Assembly (NCBI GenBank): GCA_018711005.1
Contig: DVIT01000015.1
Span: 1,801 to 65,800, forward strand
Reading direction: 5' to 3'
Length of the DNA: 64,000 nucleotides
Source of the DNA: Candidatus Scybalocola faecigallinarum
GTDB lineage: Bacteria > Bacillota > Clostridia > Lachnospirales > Lachnospiraceae
This document shows positions 7,116-16,353 of the stretch, piece after piece; the first letter of the stretch is position 1; the number at the start of each line of letters is the position of its first letter. Below the pieces are notes generated by a model that was not told the DNA's origin, ran no database searches, and saw nothing but the letters and a program-made list of their open reading frames with translations. The position numbers and the translations under genes are program-made.

Positions 7116-8243
7116 TCACAGGCCGTAAGCGCGGGCCTCAAGGAGACTGCAGATCTGCCGCCTTCCTGCGGCCGCAACTGTAAGACCGCTAAAAATCAAA
7201 GCAATGATCACGCCCCCTGTTCCGATCACTGCAAGAACGGCGGCATTATATTCCAGGGAAAAGGGGAATACCTTTCCCAGAACGCCGGCAGTGATCCCGG
7301 CATCTATGACTAAAGCGGCAGCCACAAGAATAAGGTTCTGCACCAGGGCTTCCAAAAACAGCCGCCACTTTCCTGCGCCTGCGCTGCGCCGTATACCGTA
7401 GCTGTATTGTTCATTCATGATACAGCCCATAAGGATGAGTCCCACACTAAGGAGCGCAAAGATCATCACAATACCGCCAATGATCAGCCAGCCTGACAGG
7501 GATGCCCGGATGGACGCGTTGATCTGCTCATCTTCCTCAAGGGCCGTCATGGGATCCGACACGCTAAGACCGCCAATGCGATTCAGGCGTGTGACCATAA
7601 GCTCCACACCATCCTCATTCCACGGCTCAGAAGCAGCAATAACCAACCGGTGCTGCATGGCATTTTCCCCGGAAATTTCTCCCATAACAGGGTAGGGGAC
7701 GATCACTGAGGCCAGGATGCGGGTACTGTCAAACATGCCCACCACTTCAAACTCATGTCCCAGGATCCGCAGCTTATCCCCAATACCGCCGCCCCGGGCC
7801 GCAAAATCCGAGGTTGTCTTTACCATACATACATTTGTTCCGGCATCCTCAAGCTCCTGATCGGTAAAGAGCCGTCCGGCTTCAAGGGTATATGGCGACA
7901 AACGAAAAATCTCCGCCGTGGCCCCGCCAACGGTACTGATCAATGTGGTTCCCTGCCAGTCTATAGTTGTCTGGCGCAGACACTCATAGCCGTACTCATA
8001 ATCGCTTAATGCACGGGCTGTATTTTCAGCCGTATAATCCTTTATCACTTTTCGGCTGTCGCTGACAATCAGCACATTTTCAGGAGCATCATAGGCAAAC
8101 TGCCCAATGTCGCTGTAAAGTGCGGATATATGTCCCAACACATAAATGGGGCACAATAGTCCCGCAGCAATGGCCAATACAAGGATCACCTGGATCTTAA
8201 CCTGGTACTTCATATGCCCCAAAGCGCTTTTCAGTAAAAACAT
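7116..8243 (-). CDS. MacB/FtsX-like ABC permease, short type B (copy B3)
   Basis: GRLFTDQEL and FEVVGMF (MacB periplasmic core motifs), GIRRSAGA; 1+3 TM layout. Confidence 0.85.
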   Translation of the reverse strand: MFLLKSALGHMKYQVKIQVILVLAIAAGLLCPIYVLGHISALYSDIGQFAYDAPENVLIVSDSRKVIKDYTAENTARALSDYEYGYECLRQTTIDWQGTTLISTVGGATAEIFRLSPYTLEAGRLFTDQELEDAGTNVCMVKTTSDFAARGGGIGDKLRILGHEFEVVGMFDSTRILASVIVPYPVMGEISGENAMQHRLVIAASEPWNEDGVELMVTRLNRIGGLSVSDPMTALEEDEQINASIRASLSGWLIIGGIVMIFALLSVGLILMGCIMNEQYSYGIRRSAGAGKWRLFLEALVQNLILVAAALVIDAGITAGVLGKVFPFSLEYNAAVLAVIGTGGVIIALIFSGLTVAAAGRRQICSLLEARAYGL

Positions 8244-8294
8244 AACATCCCTCCCCCTTATAAAACCATGTTAAGGCAAATTAAAATCTGACCT

Positions 8295-9683
8295 CTAAAC
8301 CTGTTCCTCCGTATCGTGAACCCCTGCCGCGCCAATGGCACAGCAGATCAGGGCTGCTGCCAGGCAAAAAGCAATGGCAGGCACGATCAGCTCCGGATAA
8401 AAAACCGCCCGGGTCGGCTCTGTTATAGGCAGAGGCGTTAATATCCGATATGGATTGTAAGAAATGGATTCTGTCACCCCGGCGCCAATGGTTTGAAGCA
8501 TTGGGGTCACCGCGGCTGCCCCAAAAATCCCCAGAATGCTTCCTGCCAAAAAGACCAGCGCTACTTCTCCAAACAGCTCCATAAAGCTTTGCCAGCGGGT
8601 GGCGCCGCAGCAGTAAGCAATTTTTAAAGACGCGCTTCTGCAAAAAATCTGCTTCTGGACGCGCCCGACAGTCCCGGCAAGGCAAATCGCCAGGATCACT
8701 GCCGCCACTGCCATATAGCGCGTGATCACTCCGCCCATATCCTGGGCCATGCTATCCATGGTGTACATTTTGCTGGATACGGAAAATTGATAATGATCCT
8801 CCCCTCGCTCACGGCCCAGCCAGTTGGCCATGTCCGGGGCGATCTTAGGATCAAAATTCTTTGTCAGATACCGGATCTGAAGAATGGAATCAAAAGGATC
8901 ATAATCCTCTGACACATAGGCCAGCATATCTGTGGAACCGATAATACAGTCCTGGATCTCAAAACGGGCCCCATCTGCCGGATCCAGCATCTCACATATG
9001 GAAAGACGGTCAATATAGGGCGTCTGTTCTTCATTGGGAATAGGTTCCCAGGACAGGGCATGATCTTTTGATAATACGATCTTGTTATTCTCTATCTTAA
9101 AATCATAAAATACAAGCTTCGTCTCCTGGGATTGAAATACTTCCGGATTCAAAGATTCCTCATGGCCAATACAATACACCGGATAATCATCCAGATGTCC
9201 GGCCTTTTGCAGAACAGCCGCGGCGCGGCTCCCTGCATACAGCCGGTCATCCTGACGTTTAAAGGAGAACATGTCTTCAAACATAGCGTCATTCATAAAA
9301 ACAATTTCCAACGGCGTTGACTGCTCATCTTCCCCTTGGGAAAACAGGCGGGCCGATGCGAAATAAATGGCCCCGTAATAAATTTCCGCCTGATCGCCGT
9401 ACATTTCCGAAAGCTTCAGGTAATCCTCATACCGGACTGCCATAGTATCCGCATAGGCCCCCGGATCCATGGAACCGCCCGCCTGATTATGGTAGATCAC
9501 TGTCTTTTCCATGGTCATATCCTCCCGGTAGCTGTCTAAAATCCTCTGGTTGGTAAACAGCAGATTCATTCCTGAAACAAGAATACCGATCCCCGCGGCC
9601 AGTTCAAGGATCGTCAGCCAATAAACATTTTTATGGCTCCAAAGCAACCGGCAGATCCGATACCATGTATATTTCATTTGCAT
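8295..9683 (-). CDS. MacB/FtsX-like ABC permease, long type A (copy A3)
   Basis: Homologous to A1/A2 (VRYEDY, FMND.MFE..FSF, DRLY.GSR, EPIPNEE.TPYIDR); YCCGATRW. Confidence 0.85.
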   Translation of the reverse strand: MQMKYTWYRICRLLWSHKNVYWLTILELAAGIGILVSGMNLLFTNQRILDSYREDMTMEKTVIYHNQAGGSMDPGAYADTMAVRYEDYLKLSEMYGDQAEIYYGAIYFASARLFSQGEDEQSTPLEIVFMNDAMFEDMFSFKRQDDRLYAGSRAAAVLQKAGHLDDYPVYCIGHEESLNPEVFQSQETKLVFYDFKIENNKIVLSKDHALSWEPIPNEEQTPYIDRLSICEMLDPADGARFEIQDCIIGSTDMLAYVSEDYDPFDSILQIRYLTKNFDPKIAPDMANWLGRERGEDHYQFSVSSKMYTMDSMAQDMGGVITRYMAVAAVILAICLAGTVGRVQKQIFCRSASLKIAYCCGATRWQSFMELFGEVALVFLAGSILGIFGAAAVTPMLQTIGAGVTESISYNPYRILTPLPITEPTRAVFYPELIVPAIAFCLAAALICCAIGAAGVHDTEEQV

Positions 9684-9689
9684 CCTCTC

Positions 9690-10997
9690 CTATCCCCGAA
9701 AAATGGCCGCTGCCTCAAAACACCCGGCATCATATTTTAAACTCAGCTCTCCCCCGTGGCCCTCCACAATGGCCCGGACACTTTCCAGTCCCCAGCCGTG
9801 TTCCCGGGTATACCCCTTTGTGGATATGAATTTTCCATCCTTCTCCACCGGCGGACGGCCACAGGAATTTTTTATGCTTAAAATAAGGATTTTCCCCTGC
9901 TGGGTCATGCGAACCTCCACCCACCGTTCTTTCGGCGCTTTTCCTGCCGCCTCAAAGGCATTGTCCAAAAGATTTCCAAAAAGAACGCACATATCCGCAT
10001 CCGGCAAAAATGTACAAAGAAATGCTCCCTCAATATGAAAATCAATATTCTCCTGCCGGGCCAGCTCTGTCTTTTCACCAAGCAGGCTGTCCACCACCGG
10101 ATTTCCCGTCCACCGCCGGATCCGGTTCTGGCTTTCAGACACTGAAGCTAAAAGCCCTTTTACATGCTCCAGGGCCTTTTCATCCTCCCCATTCTCCAAA
10201 TAAACCTGAATGGGGGCAAGGCGGTATTTCATATCATGAAGCTCCCGGCTCTTTTGCTCATAATCGCTGCGTATTTCTTTATAACGCAGTTCCCGCTGCT
10301 TTTCCTCCAGCTGCTTTTGCTGCCGCTGGATCTCTGCCTGCCGGAAAATAATATAGCCGGCAAACACAACCACAAGGACAAGGATCAATACAATGGAGGA
10401 AATACTGTAAATCAGCACATCCAGCGTACTCTCCTGAAACCCCAGCCTTAGAAAATAAGTGCAGATCCACCACTGGATCACACCAAAACCGATCCATAAA
10501 AGGGCGTTTTTCGCCACGATCACCTGGCTTATATAGGTCCGCGCCTTTGCGCCCCATTTTCTTTCCAAAAACAAAAGCCTGGCCCACAAAAGGGCAAGAT
10601 AAATATAATCCACAGCCACAGGCTTGTGGATACATTCAATAAAGGGTTCGCCGGTAATCCAGCCGCTGAGCACGATTCCCGGAAGCTCCAGGAGACTGAT
10701 GGTTCCAAAATAAATGGCCGGCCAGGCCAAAGCGCACAAAACACACTTTTTTGTAAAAATAATTGCTGCCAGGAAAAAGATCATAACAAGGGAAATGGTC
10801 TGTATATTGGAAAAACGTATCTCCATGACCCGGTTGAGCATAATATTGGCAGCGGGCAGCGCCAGAAAAGCTCCATACTCCGCCCAAACGGCCCATTTCC
10901 CATGAAATCTCCGGTCCGGGACCGTCTGAAACAAGGTATAGCCAAGCCAGGCCTCTGCCACAGCATTAAATAAATCCACGAACCATCCAACGATCAT
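9690..10997 (-). CDS. AgrC-like GHKL sensor histidine kinase (HK2), paralogue of HK1
   Basis: ELHDMKYRL, LFGNLLDNAFEA, EHGWGLESV. The sensor domain shares RRFH, RFSN and GTISLLELPGI.LSGW.TG.P with HK1. Confidence 0.9.
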   Translation of the reverse strand: MIVGWFVDLFNAVAEAWLGYTLFQTVPDRRFHGKWAVWAEYGAFLALPAANIMLNRVMEIRFSNIQTISLVMIFFLAAIIFTKKCVLCALAWPAIYFGTISLLELPGIVLSGWITGEPFIECIHKPVAVDYIYLALLWARLLFLERKWGAKARTYISQVIVAKNALLWIGFGVIQWWICTYFLRLGFQESTLDVLIYSISSIVLILVLVVVFAGYIIFRQAEIQRQQKQLEEKQRELRYKEIRSDYEQKSRELHDMKYRLAPIQVYLENGEDEKALEHVKGLLASVSESQNRIRRWTGNPVVDSLLGEKTELARQENIDFHIEGAFLCTFLPDADMCVLFGNLLDNAFEAAGKAPKERWVEVRMTQQGKILILSIKNSCGRPPVEKDGKFISTKGYTREHGWGLESVRAIVEGHGGELSLKYDAGCFEAAAIFRG

Positions 10998-11734
10998 GCC
11001 TGTTCCCCTCCGGAAAGCCGTTCAAGACAATACTCCATCACCTTCTGCCGCACATCCGTCAAATGACTTTTGCTGGCCTCCGCCTCCAGGCCGCAGCTTA
11101 AATGAAGGATGCGGCTGGTATCAATATCATGAATGTGGCCTACATTGACCAGGATCCCTTTATTAACCACAACAAATGCCCCGGACTTTAGCTGCTCCAT
11201 AAGACTTCGTATAGAGCTGCGCACTTTATACTCCCCCTCACGGGTATAAATAAGGGAATACTTATTATCTTCCTTCACAATCTTTATAATATCCTCATAG
11301 GGGATCTTCCGTGTTCCTGAGGCGTTTCGCACCACAAAATACCGGCCCTTCTGGTTTTTGATCCTGGACAGGGCATAGGCCAAATCTCCGGGAAGCTTTT
11401 CTTCCAGCTTCTCCTTTAAAATATACCGCAGCGCCCCGACCTCATAGCCTTCCGGACAGTATTCAATATGACTGGTCACAAAAATAATGTACGAAGCCCC
11501 GCAGTTTTCCTGGATAAGCCTTGCCAGCTCCATCCCCGTATACCCTGGCATTTCCACATCCAGCAAAAAAATATCATAATGGATCCCTTCTTCAATATCC
11601 GCCTTTAAAAAAGAAGGATCCCCCATAGGGGTCACTTTCAGCTCAAAATGTTCTTTTTTCACCGTTTCCTTTACGATCTTACAGATCCGGTCCCGGTCCT
11701 TTGGATTGTCATCCACAACAGCCAGGCTGATCAT
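10994..11734 (-). CDS. AgrA-like LytTR response regulator (RR2)
   Basis: VVDDN, DIFLLDVEMP, RYILK, FVVVNKGILVNVGHI. Start is probably the ATG at 11734 after GGGAGG. Confidence 0.9.
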   Translation of the reverse strand: MISLAVVDDNPKDRDRICKIVKETVKKEHFELKVTPMGDPSFLKADIEEGIHYDIFLLDVEMPGYTGMELARLIQENCGASYIIFVTSHIEYCPEGYEVGALRYILKEKLEEKLPGDLAYALSRIKNQKGRYFVVRNASGTRKIPYEDIIKIVKEDNKYSLIYTREGEYKVRSSIRSLMEQLKSGAFVVVNKGILVNVGHIHDIDTSRILHLSCGLEAEASKSHLTDVRQKVMEYCLERLSGGEQA

Positions 11735-11870
11735 ATCCATCCTCCCTCTCCACACTTTTCTCCTTTAAGTGTAGCATAAAGCTGCTGTGGATGTCAGTCT
11801 TCATTTTTCATTAAAGTATTCTTTTATAATCATTGGCCAGATCAGCGAGAAGCGCCATCCGGCTCACCTG

Positions 11871-12542
11871 TCACTCCATTTGTTCTTCCAGCTTTCCATC
11901 AGACATATGCAGCAGCCGGTGGGCGTAGTCCGCCACCTTAGCGTCGTGGGTCACTAATACGATGGTTAGTCCCTGGTCATTTAGTGTTTTTAACATATCC
12001 ATAACTTTTATGCCATTTTCTTCATCCAGGCTTCCTGTGGGTTCATCGGCCAAAAGCACATCCGGATCCGCGGCAATAGCCCGGGCGATAGCTACACGCT
12101 GCTGTTCCCCGCCGGAAAGCTGGGATGGTTTCCGCCTGGCCTTGTCCTTTAATCCTACTTTTTCCAAAAGCTCCATGGCCCTGGCCTTCCGCTCCTTTGC
12201 CCCGGCCCCGCCATAGCCTAAAGGCAGGGCTACATTATCCATCACATTAAATTCCGGAAGGAGATGAAAGGATTGGAACACAAAACCTACCTTTTTATTT
12301 CTGAAATGAGCCAGCTGCCGGGCGTTCATGGCGGACACCGGCTCGTCCTCAAACAGATACGTTCCCTCATCCGAGCTGTCCATGCCGCCTAAAATATTGA
12401 GCAGCGTACTTTTACCGCAGCCGGATCTGCCCATAATGGCTACAAACTCTCCCCGCTCCACATCCAGGCTGACATCTTTCAACACCTGGGTGACCACATC
12501 TTTGGTTTTATAGGACTTAAATAAATGTTCTACTTTAATCAT
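11871..12542 (-). CDS. ABC transporter ATP-binding protein, MacB/LolD family
   Basis: Walker A GRSGCGKS, signature LSGGEQQRV, Walker [10 protein letters not shown]-loop VTHD. Confidence 0.95.
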   Translation of the reverse strand: MIKVEHLFKSYKTKDVVTQVLKDVSLDVERGEFVAIMGRSGCGKSTLLNILGGMDSSDEGTYLFEDEPVSAMNARQLAHFRNKKVGFVFQSFHLLPEFNVMDNVALPLGYGGAGAKERKARAMELLEKVGLKDKARRKPSQLSGGEQQRVAIARAIAADPDVLLADEPTGSLDEENGIKVMDMLKTLNDQGLTIVLVTHDAKVADYAHRLLHMSDGKLEEQME

Positions 12543-12554
12543 GAAGAATCCCCC

Positions 12555-13874
12555 CTATAATTCTTTTAGATTTTTCACCGGATCTTTATTATCCACCCCG
12601 GCCAGAGCCGCCCCGCAGCACAGCAAGGCTGCCGCCAGGCAAAAAAGAATGACAAAAACAATATTCACCGGATAAAAATCCGCTGCGGATTCTACCGCGG
12701 ACAGCCTTGGGGTGATCCCCCCGGATAAGGCCAATCCTAAAATCCCCCCTGCTAAAAATACACTGGAAATTTCACCGTAAAGTTCCAGAAAACTTTTCCA
12801 GGGGGTGGCGCCGCAGCAGTAGGCTACTGCCATGGACTTTTTTCTTTGGTTCAAAATAACAAGCAGAATACCCACTGTCCCAATTAACACAATAGCTACA
12901 ATCGCCAGGGAAACGATCATATATTTAAAAATCCGGGCATTCATTTCGCTGGAATATTTTTCCATAGAAAGAGCCTTATCCGTCAGATTAAACTTATATC
13001 CCGCTGTCCCCCGCTCCCGGTTCAGCCAGTTTACAAGTGTAGGAATAACGCTGGGATCCTGGGCATCCTCCCGGTACTTTGCTTGTAAAATGAAATCAAA
13101 GGGATAGTATTCCCGGGATATATAAGGAAGCATATCCACCGTACCGATAATACAGTCCTCAATATACAGTCTCGCCCCGTCTTCCGGATCCATATATTGA
13201 GTAAAGGACAGACGGTCAATGTACGGTGTAGTTTCTTCATTTGGAATAGGCTCATATTCCAGGGTATTCCCTTGGGAAAGCTGTATTTTTCCATCTTTAA
13301 CCAGAAAACACCGGCAAACCACGTTCACCTTTTCCTGGCTAAATCTGTCAGGATCCTCTTCTTCACCATATCCCCAGCATACAAGATTGTAATTATCCAT
13401 ATCCGCCGCTTTGCTAAGAAGGTCCGCCGCCCTGCTCCCTACATACAGACGATCTGGCTGCCGTTCAAAGGAAAATATAGACTCAAACATTGTATCATTC
13501 ATAAAGAGGAAATTGATGTTTGAAAGTTCATTGACCTGACCGTAAAGAAACAGGCCAATAGAAGCATCATAATAAGCTGTATAATACAGGTCTACAGAAT
13601 TGCCAAATTGTTCTTCAAGATACTGGTAATCCTGGTATCTTACCGCAAGTTCCGGTTCACTATCAAAATCCTTGTTAGACGTATTATAGTAAATTACTGT
13701 TGGGGATTCTGCCATCATTTTCTGGTGTTCATGTAAAATATCCCTATTGGTAAGCATAATATTCAAACATACCACAAAAATTGTAACACCGACTGCCATC
13801 TCCAGCACAATGAGTCCGTATATTTTTTTATTTCCCCACATTAATTTTAAAAGACGGTAAAACATATATCTCAT
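12555..13874 (-). CDS. MacB/FtsX-like ABC permease, long type A (copy A2)
   Basis: 1+3 TM layout; YCCGATPW; C-terminus nearly identical to A1. Confidence 0.88.
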   Translation of the reverse strand: MRYMFYRLLKLMWGNKKIYGLIVLEMAVGVTIFVVCLNIMLTNRDILHEHQKMMAESPTVIYYNTSNKDFDSEPELAVRYQDYQYLEEQFGNSVDLYYTAYYDASIGLFLYGQVNELSNINFLFMNDTMFESIFSFERQPDRLYVGSRAADLLSKAADMDNYNLVCWGYGEEEDPDRFSQEKVNVVCRCFLVKDGKIQLSQGNTLEYEPIPNEETTPYIDRLSFTQYMDPEDGARLYIEDCIIGTVDMLPYISREYYPFDFILQAKYREDAQDPSVIPTLVNWLNRERGTAGYKFNLTDKALSMEKYSSEMNARIFKYMIVSLAIVAIVLIGTVGILLVILNQRKKSMAVAYCCGATPWKSFLELYGEISSVFLAGGILGLALSGGITPRLSAVESAADFYPVNIVFVILFCLAAALLCCGAALAGVDNKDPVKNLKEL

Positions 13875-13887
13875 ACATCATTCCCCC

Positions 13888-15000
13888 TTATCCCCGTCTT
13901 TCAATCAGCCGGCTTACAGGCTTTTTGCATCCATGAACGGAAAATAAAGTTAAAATCAAAGCCAGGATCATTCCTATACCGATAATCTGTACAATACATA
14001 GGACACTGTATTGTACTTCCATTTCCATGACTTTTTCCCAGGGCAGGCATAAAATCGCACCATCTACGATTAAAGCCGCCATAACCAGTATAATATTCTG
14101 CATAAGAGCCTCAAAAAAGAGCTGGCTTTGAGTCGCACCTATGGCCTTATGCAGTCCCATAAGCTTTCGTTCCTCCAGACTCCGCCCGGCAGAAATTGCA
14201 GATATACTTAAAAAAGCAAAAAAACATACAACAAATCCGATCAAAAGCCATTTCTGGTTTTGCTGGTCAATGATTTCATTTGCTGCTTTTTCTTCCTCAA
14301 CCATAGAGGTTACGGAATAAATATTCACATCAAACATGGATTGAGTTTTAGCCATAATGGACGCTTCTAACCCTTCATCGCCTTTTGGAATAATAAAACG
14401 GTGCTGTATGGAACTATTTCCGGAAACGTAATACATTTGGGGATAGGGAATAAGGATTGCTCCGATCAGGTTAGAGCCCCAGCCATCAATGACGCCGATA
14501 ACCTCATAGGTATTGCCCATAAAGAAAATTTCATCTCCTACCCTTGCCCCTGCCAGATATAAAGCGCTGTTATCCGCTAATATACAGACACTCCCCTGTT
14601 CATCTCCATAGTCATTTTCATCAAATAAACGTCCCTCTTTAACATACACCGGCACCCTGGAAAGGATGCCGGCGCTTACACCGCCTATAAAAGCAACACC
14701 ATTAACGTCCCCCCAACTCACTGTGGTTTGATACGCGCACTCATAATCATCCAGGGTTCCGCCAACAATATATTTCATATTTTCCAAAGCTGCCTGATCC
14801 ATAAAGGGCATTGATCCATTGACCAGCAGATAATCTTCCGGTGAAGAAAACCGGTGCATCTCTTCCATCTTTGCGGAGGTATGGATATACCCTAAAACAT
14901 AAACCGGGCAAAGCAGCCCAGCCGCAATAGACAGGACAAAGATCAGACAGATTTTTCTGCTGTAAATCAACTTTTTTAATGCGCACTTTATAACAAACAT
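13888..15000 (-). CDS. MacB/FtsX-like ABC permease, short type B (copy B2)
   Basis: EGRLFDENDY, YEVIGV, GLHKAIGA. Confidence 0.88.
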   Translation of the reverse strand: MFVIKCALKKLIYSRKICLIFVLSIAAGLLCPVYVLGYIHTSAKMEEMHRFSSPEDYLLVNGSMPFMDQAALENMKYIVGGTLDDYECAYQTTVSWGDVNGVAFIGGVSAGILSRVPVYVKEGRLFDENDYGDEQGSVCILADNSALYLAGARVGDEIFFMGNTYEVIGVIDGWGSNLIGAILIPYPQMYYVSGNSSIQHRFIIPKGDEGLEASIMAKTQSMFDVNIYSVTSMVEEEKAANEIIDQQNQKWLLIGFVVCFFAFLSISAISAGRSLEERKLMGLHKAIGATQSQLFFEALMQNIILVMAALIVDGAILCLPWEKVMEMEVQYSVLCIVQIIGIGMILALILTLFSVHGCKKPVSRLIERRG

Positions 15001-15018
15001 ATGGACACCTCCATAACA

Positions 15019-16344
15019 TTACAATTCTTTTAGATTTTTCACCGGATCTTTATTATCCACTCCGGCTAGCGCCGCCCCGCAGCACAGCAAGGCTGCCGCC
15101 AGGCAAAAGAGAATGACAAAAAAGATATTCACCGGATAAAAATCCGCTGCGGATTCTACCGCGGACAGCCTTGGGGTGATCCCCACGGATAAGGCCAATC
15201 CTAAAATTCCCCCTACTAAAAACACACTGGAAATTTCACCGTAAAGTTCCAGAAAACTTTTCCAGGGGGTGGCGCCGCAGCAGTAGGCTACTGCCATGGA
15301 CTTTTTTCTTTGGTTCAAAATAACAAGCAGAATACCCACTGTCCCGATCAGCACGACTGCCATGATTGCCAGAGAAACCGCCATGTATTGATAAATCGTT
15401 ATACTCATATCTCTGGCCTGTTTTTCCAGTTTTAATGCCCGATCTGTAAGGGTAAATTGATAATTATCCCCACTGCGCTCACGGTTCAGCCAGTTTACTA
15501 TAGCAGGGATGATACTGGAATCTTCCGCCTGGTCTAAATACTGAACCTGCAAAAGAGAATCTAATGGCCCATAGTCCTCAGACAGTAAGGGGAGCATATC
15601 CGCCGTACCAATCACACAGTCTTCAATATAAAGCCGCGCTGCTTCTTTGTCTGTGCCATAATACTCAAAGGAAAAACGGTCAATATATGGCGTACTTTCT
15701 TCATCCGGAATTGGCTCACAGTATAACTCATGCCCCTGGGATAAGACAAACTTTCCATCCTTAATCCGGAAACTATCGCAAACTGCATTGGTCTTTTCCT
15801 GGCTGTATACGCTTGTATCATATTCTTCCATATTGCCCCAGCATACTAAATTGTACGCTTCCTGATCTGACGCCTTTTTCAAAAGATCAAGAACACGGCT
15901 TCCTGCATATAACCGGTCCTCTTTGGGTTGAAAATCAAAAAGACTTTCAAACATGGCGTCATTCAAAAAAAGAAAATTTATTGCGTATATATCTGCCCCG
16001 GCATTGTTTCCAAAAAAGAAATAGCTGCCGGAATAAATGGCCCCATAATATATTTTTACGGAATCCCCATATTTTTCTTCCATATCAAGATAATGTTCGT
16101 ACCGGACCGGCAAATCGTCCGGGAGTACCTCATCCCCTGCAAACCGCACATGATATATAGTCGTCTGGTCTTGCGCCATCGATTGCCTAAGATCGTCTAA
16201 AATGTCTTTATTGGTAAGCATAAGGTTCAGGCATGAGACAAAAATCGTTATACCTATGGCAAGCTCCAGCATAATAATACTGTAAGCCCCTTTGCTTCCC
16301 CATATCATCTTCCTTATGCGATACGTCATATATTTCATCCGCAT
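15019..16344 (-). CDS. MacB/FtsX-like ABC permease, long type A (copy A1)
   Basis: 1+3 TM layout; YCCGATPW; ends DPVKNLKEL. Confidence 0.88.
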   Translation of the reverse strand: MRMKYMTYRIRKMIWGSKGAYSIIMLELAIGITIFVSCLNLMLTNKDILDDLRQSMAQDQTTIYHVRFAGDEVLPDDLPVRYEHYLDMEEKYGDSVKIYYGAIYSGSYFFFGNNAGADIYAINFLFLNDAMFESLFDFQPKEDRLYAGSRVLDLLKKASDQEAYNLVCWGNMEEYDTSVYSQEKTNAVCDSFRIKDGKFVLSQGHELYCEPIPDEESTPYIDRFSFEYYGTDKEAARLYIEDCVIGTADMLPLLSEDYGPLDSLLQVQYLDQAEDSSIIPAIVNWLNRERSGDNYQFTLTDRALKLEKQARDMSITIYQYMAVSLAIMAVVLIGTVGILLVILNQRKKSMAVAYCCGATPWKSFLELYGEISSVFLVGGILGLALSVGITPRLSAVESAADFYPVNIFFVILFCLAAALLCCGAALAGVDNKDPVKNLKEL

Positions 16345-16353
16345 CCCCTCCCG

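Noticed and set aside
8281-8685. 134-aa minus-strand ORF overlapping the A3 3' end as a frameshifted continuation
   Set aside because: The annotated A3 frame already aligns with its paralogues through this region, and the alternative frame is not homologous.
9684-9700. A second precursor peptide overlapping the HK2 3' end, as for HK1
   Set aside because: The permease start follows 6 bp after the stop, and no Cys/Ser/Thr-rich short ORF was found.
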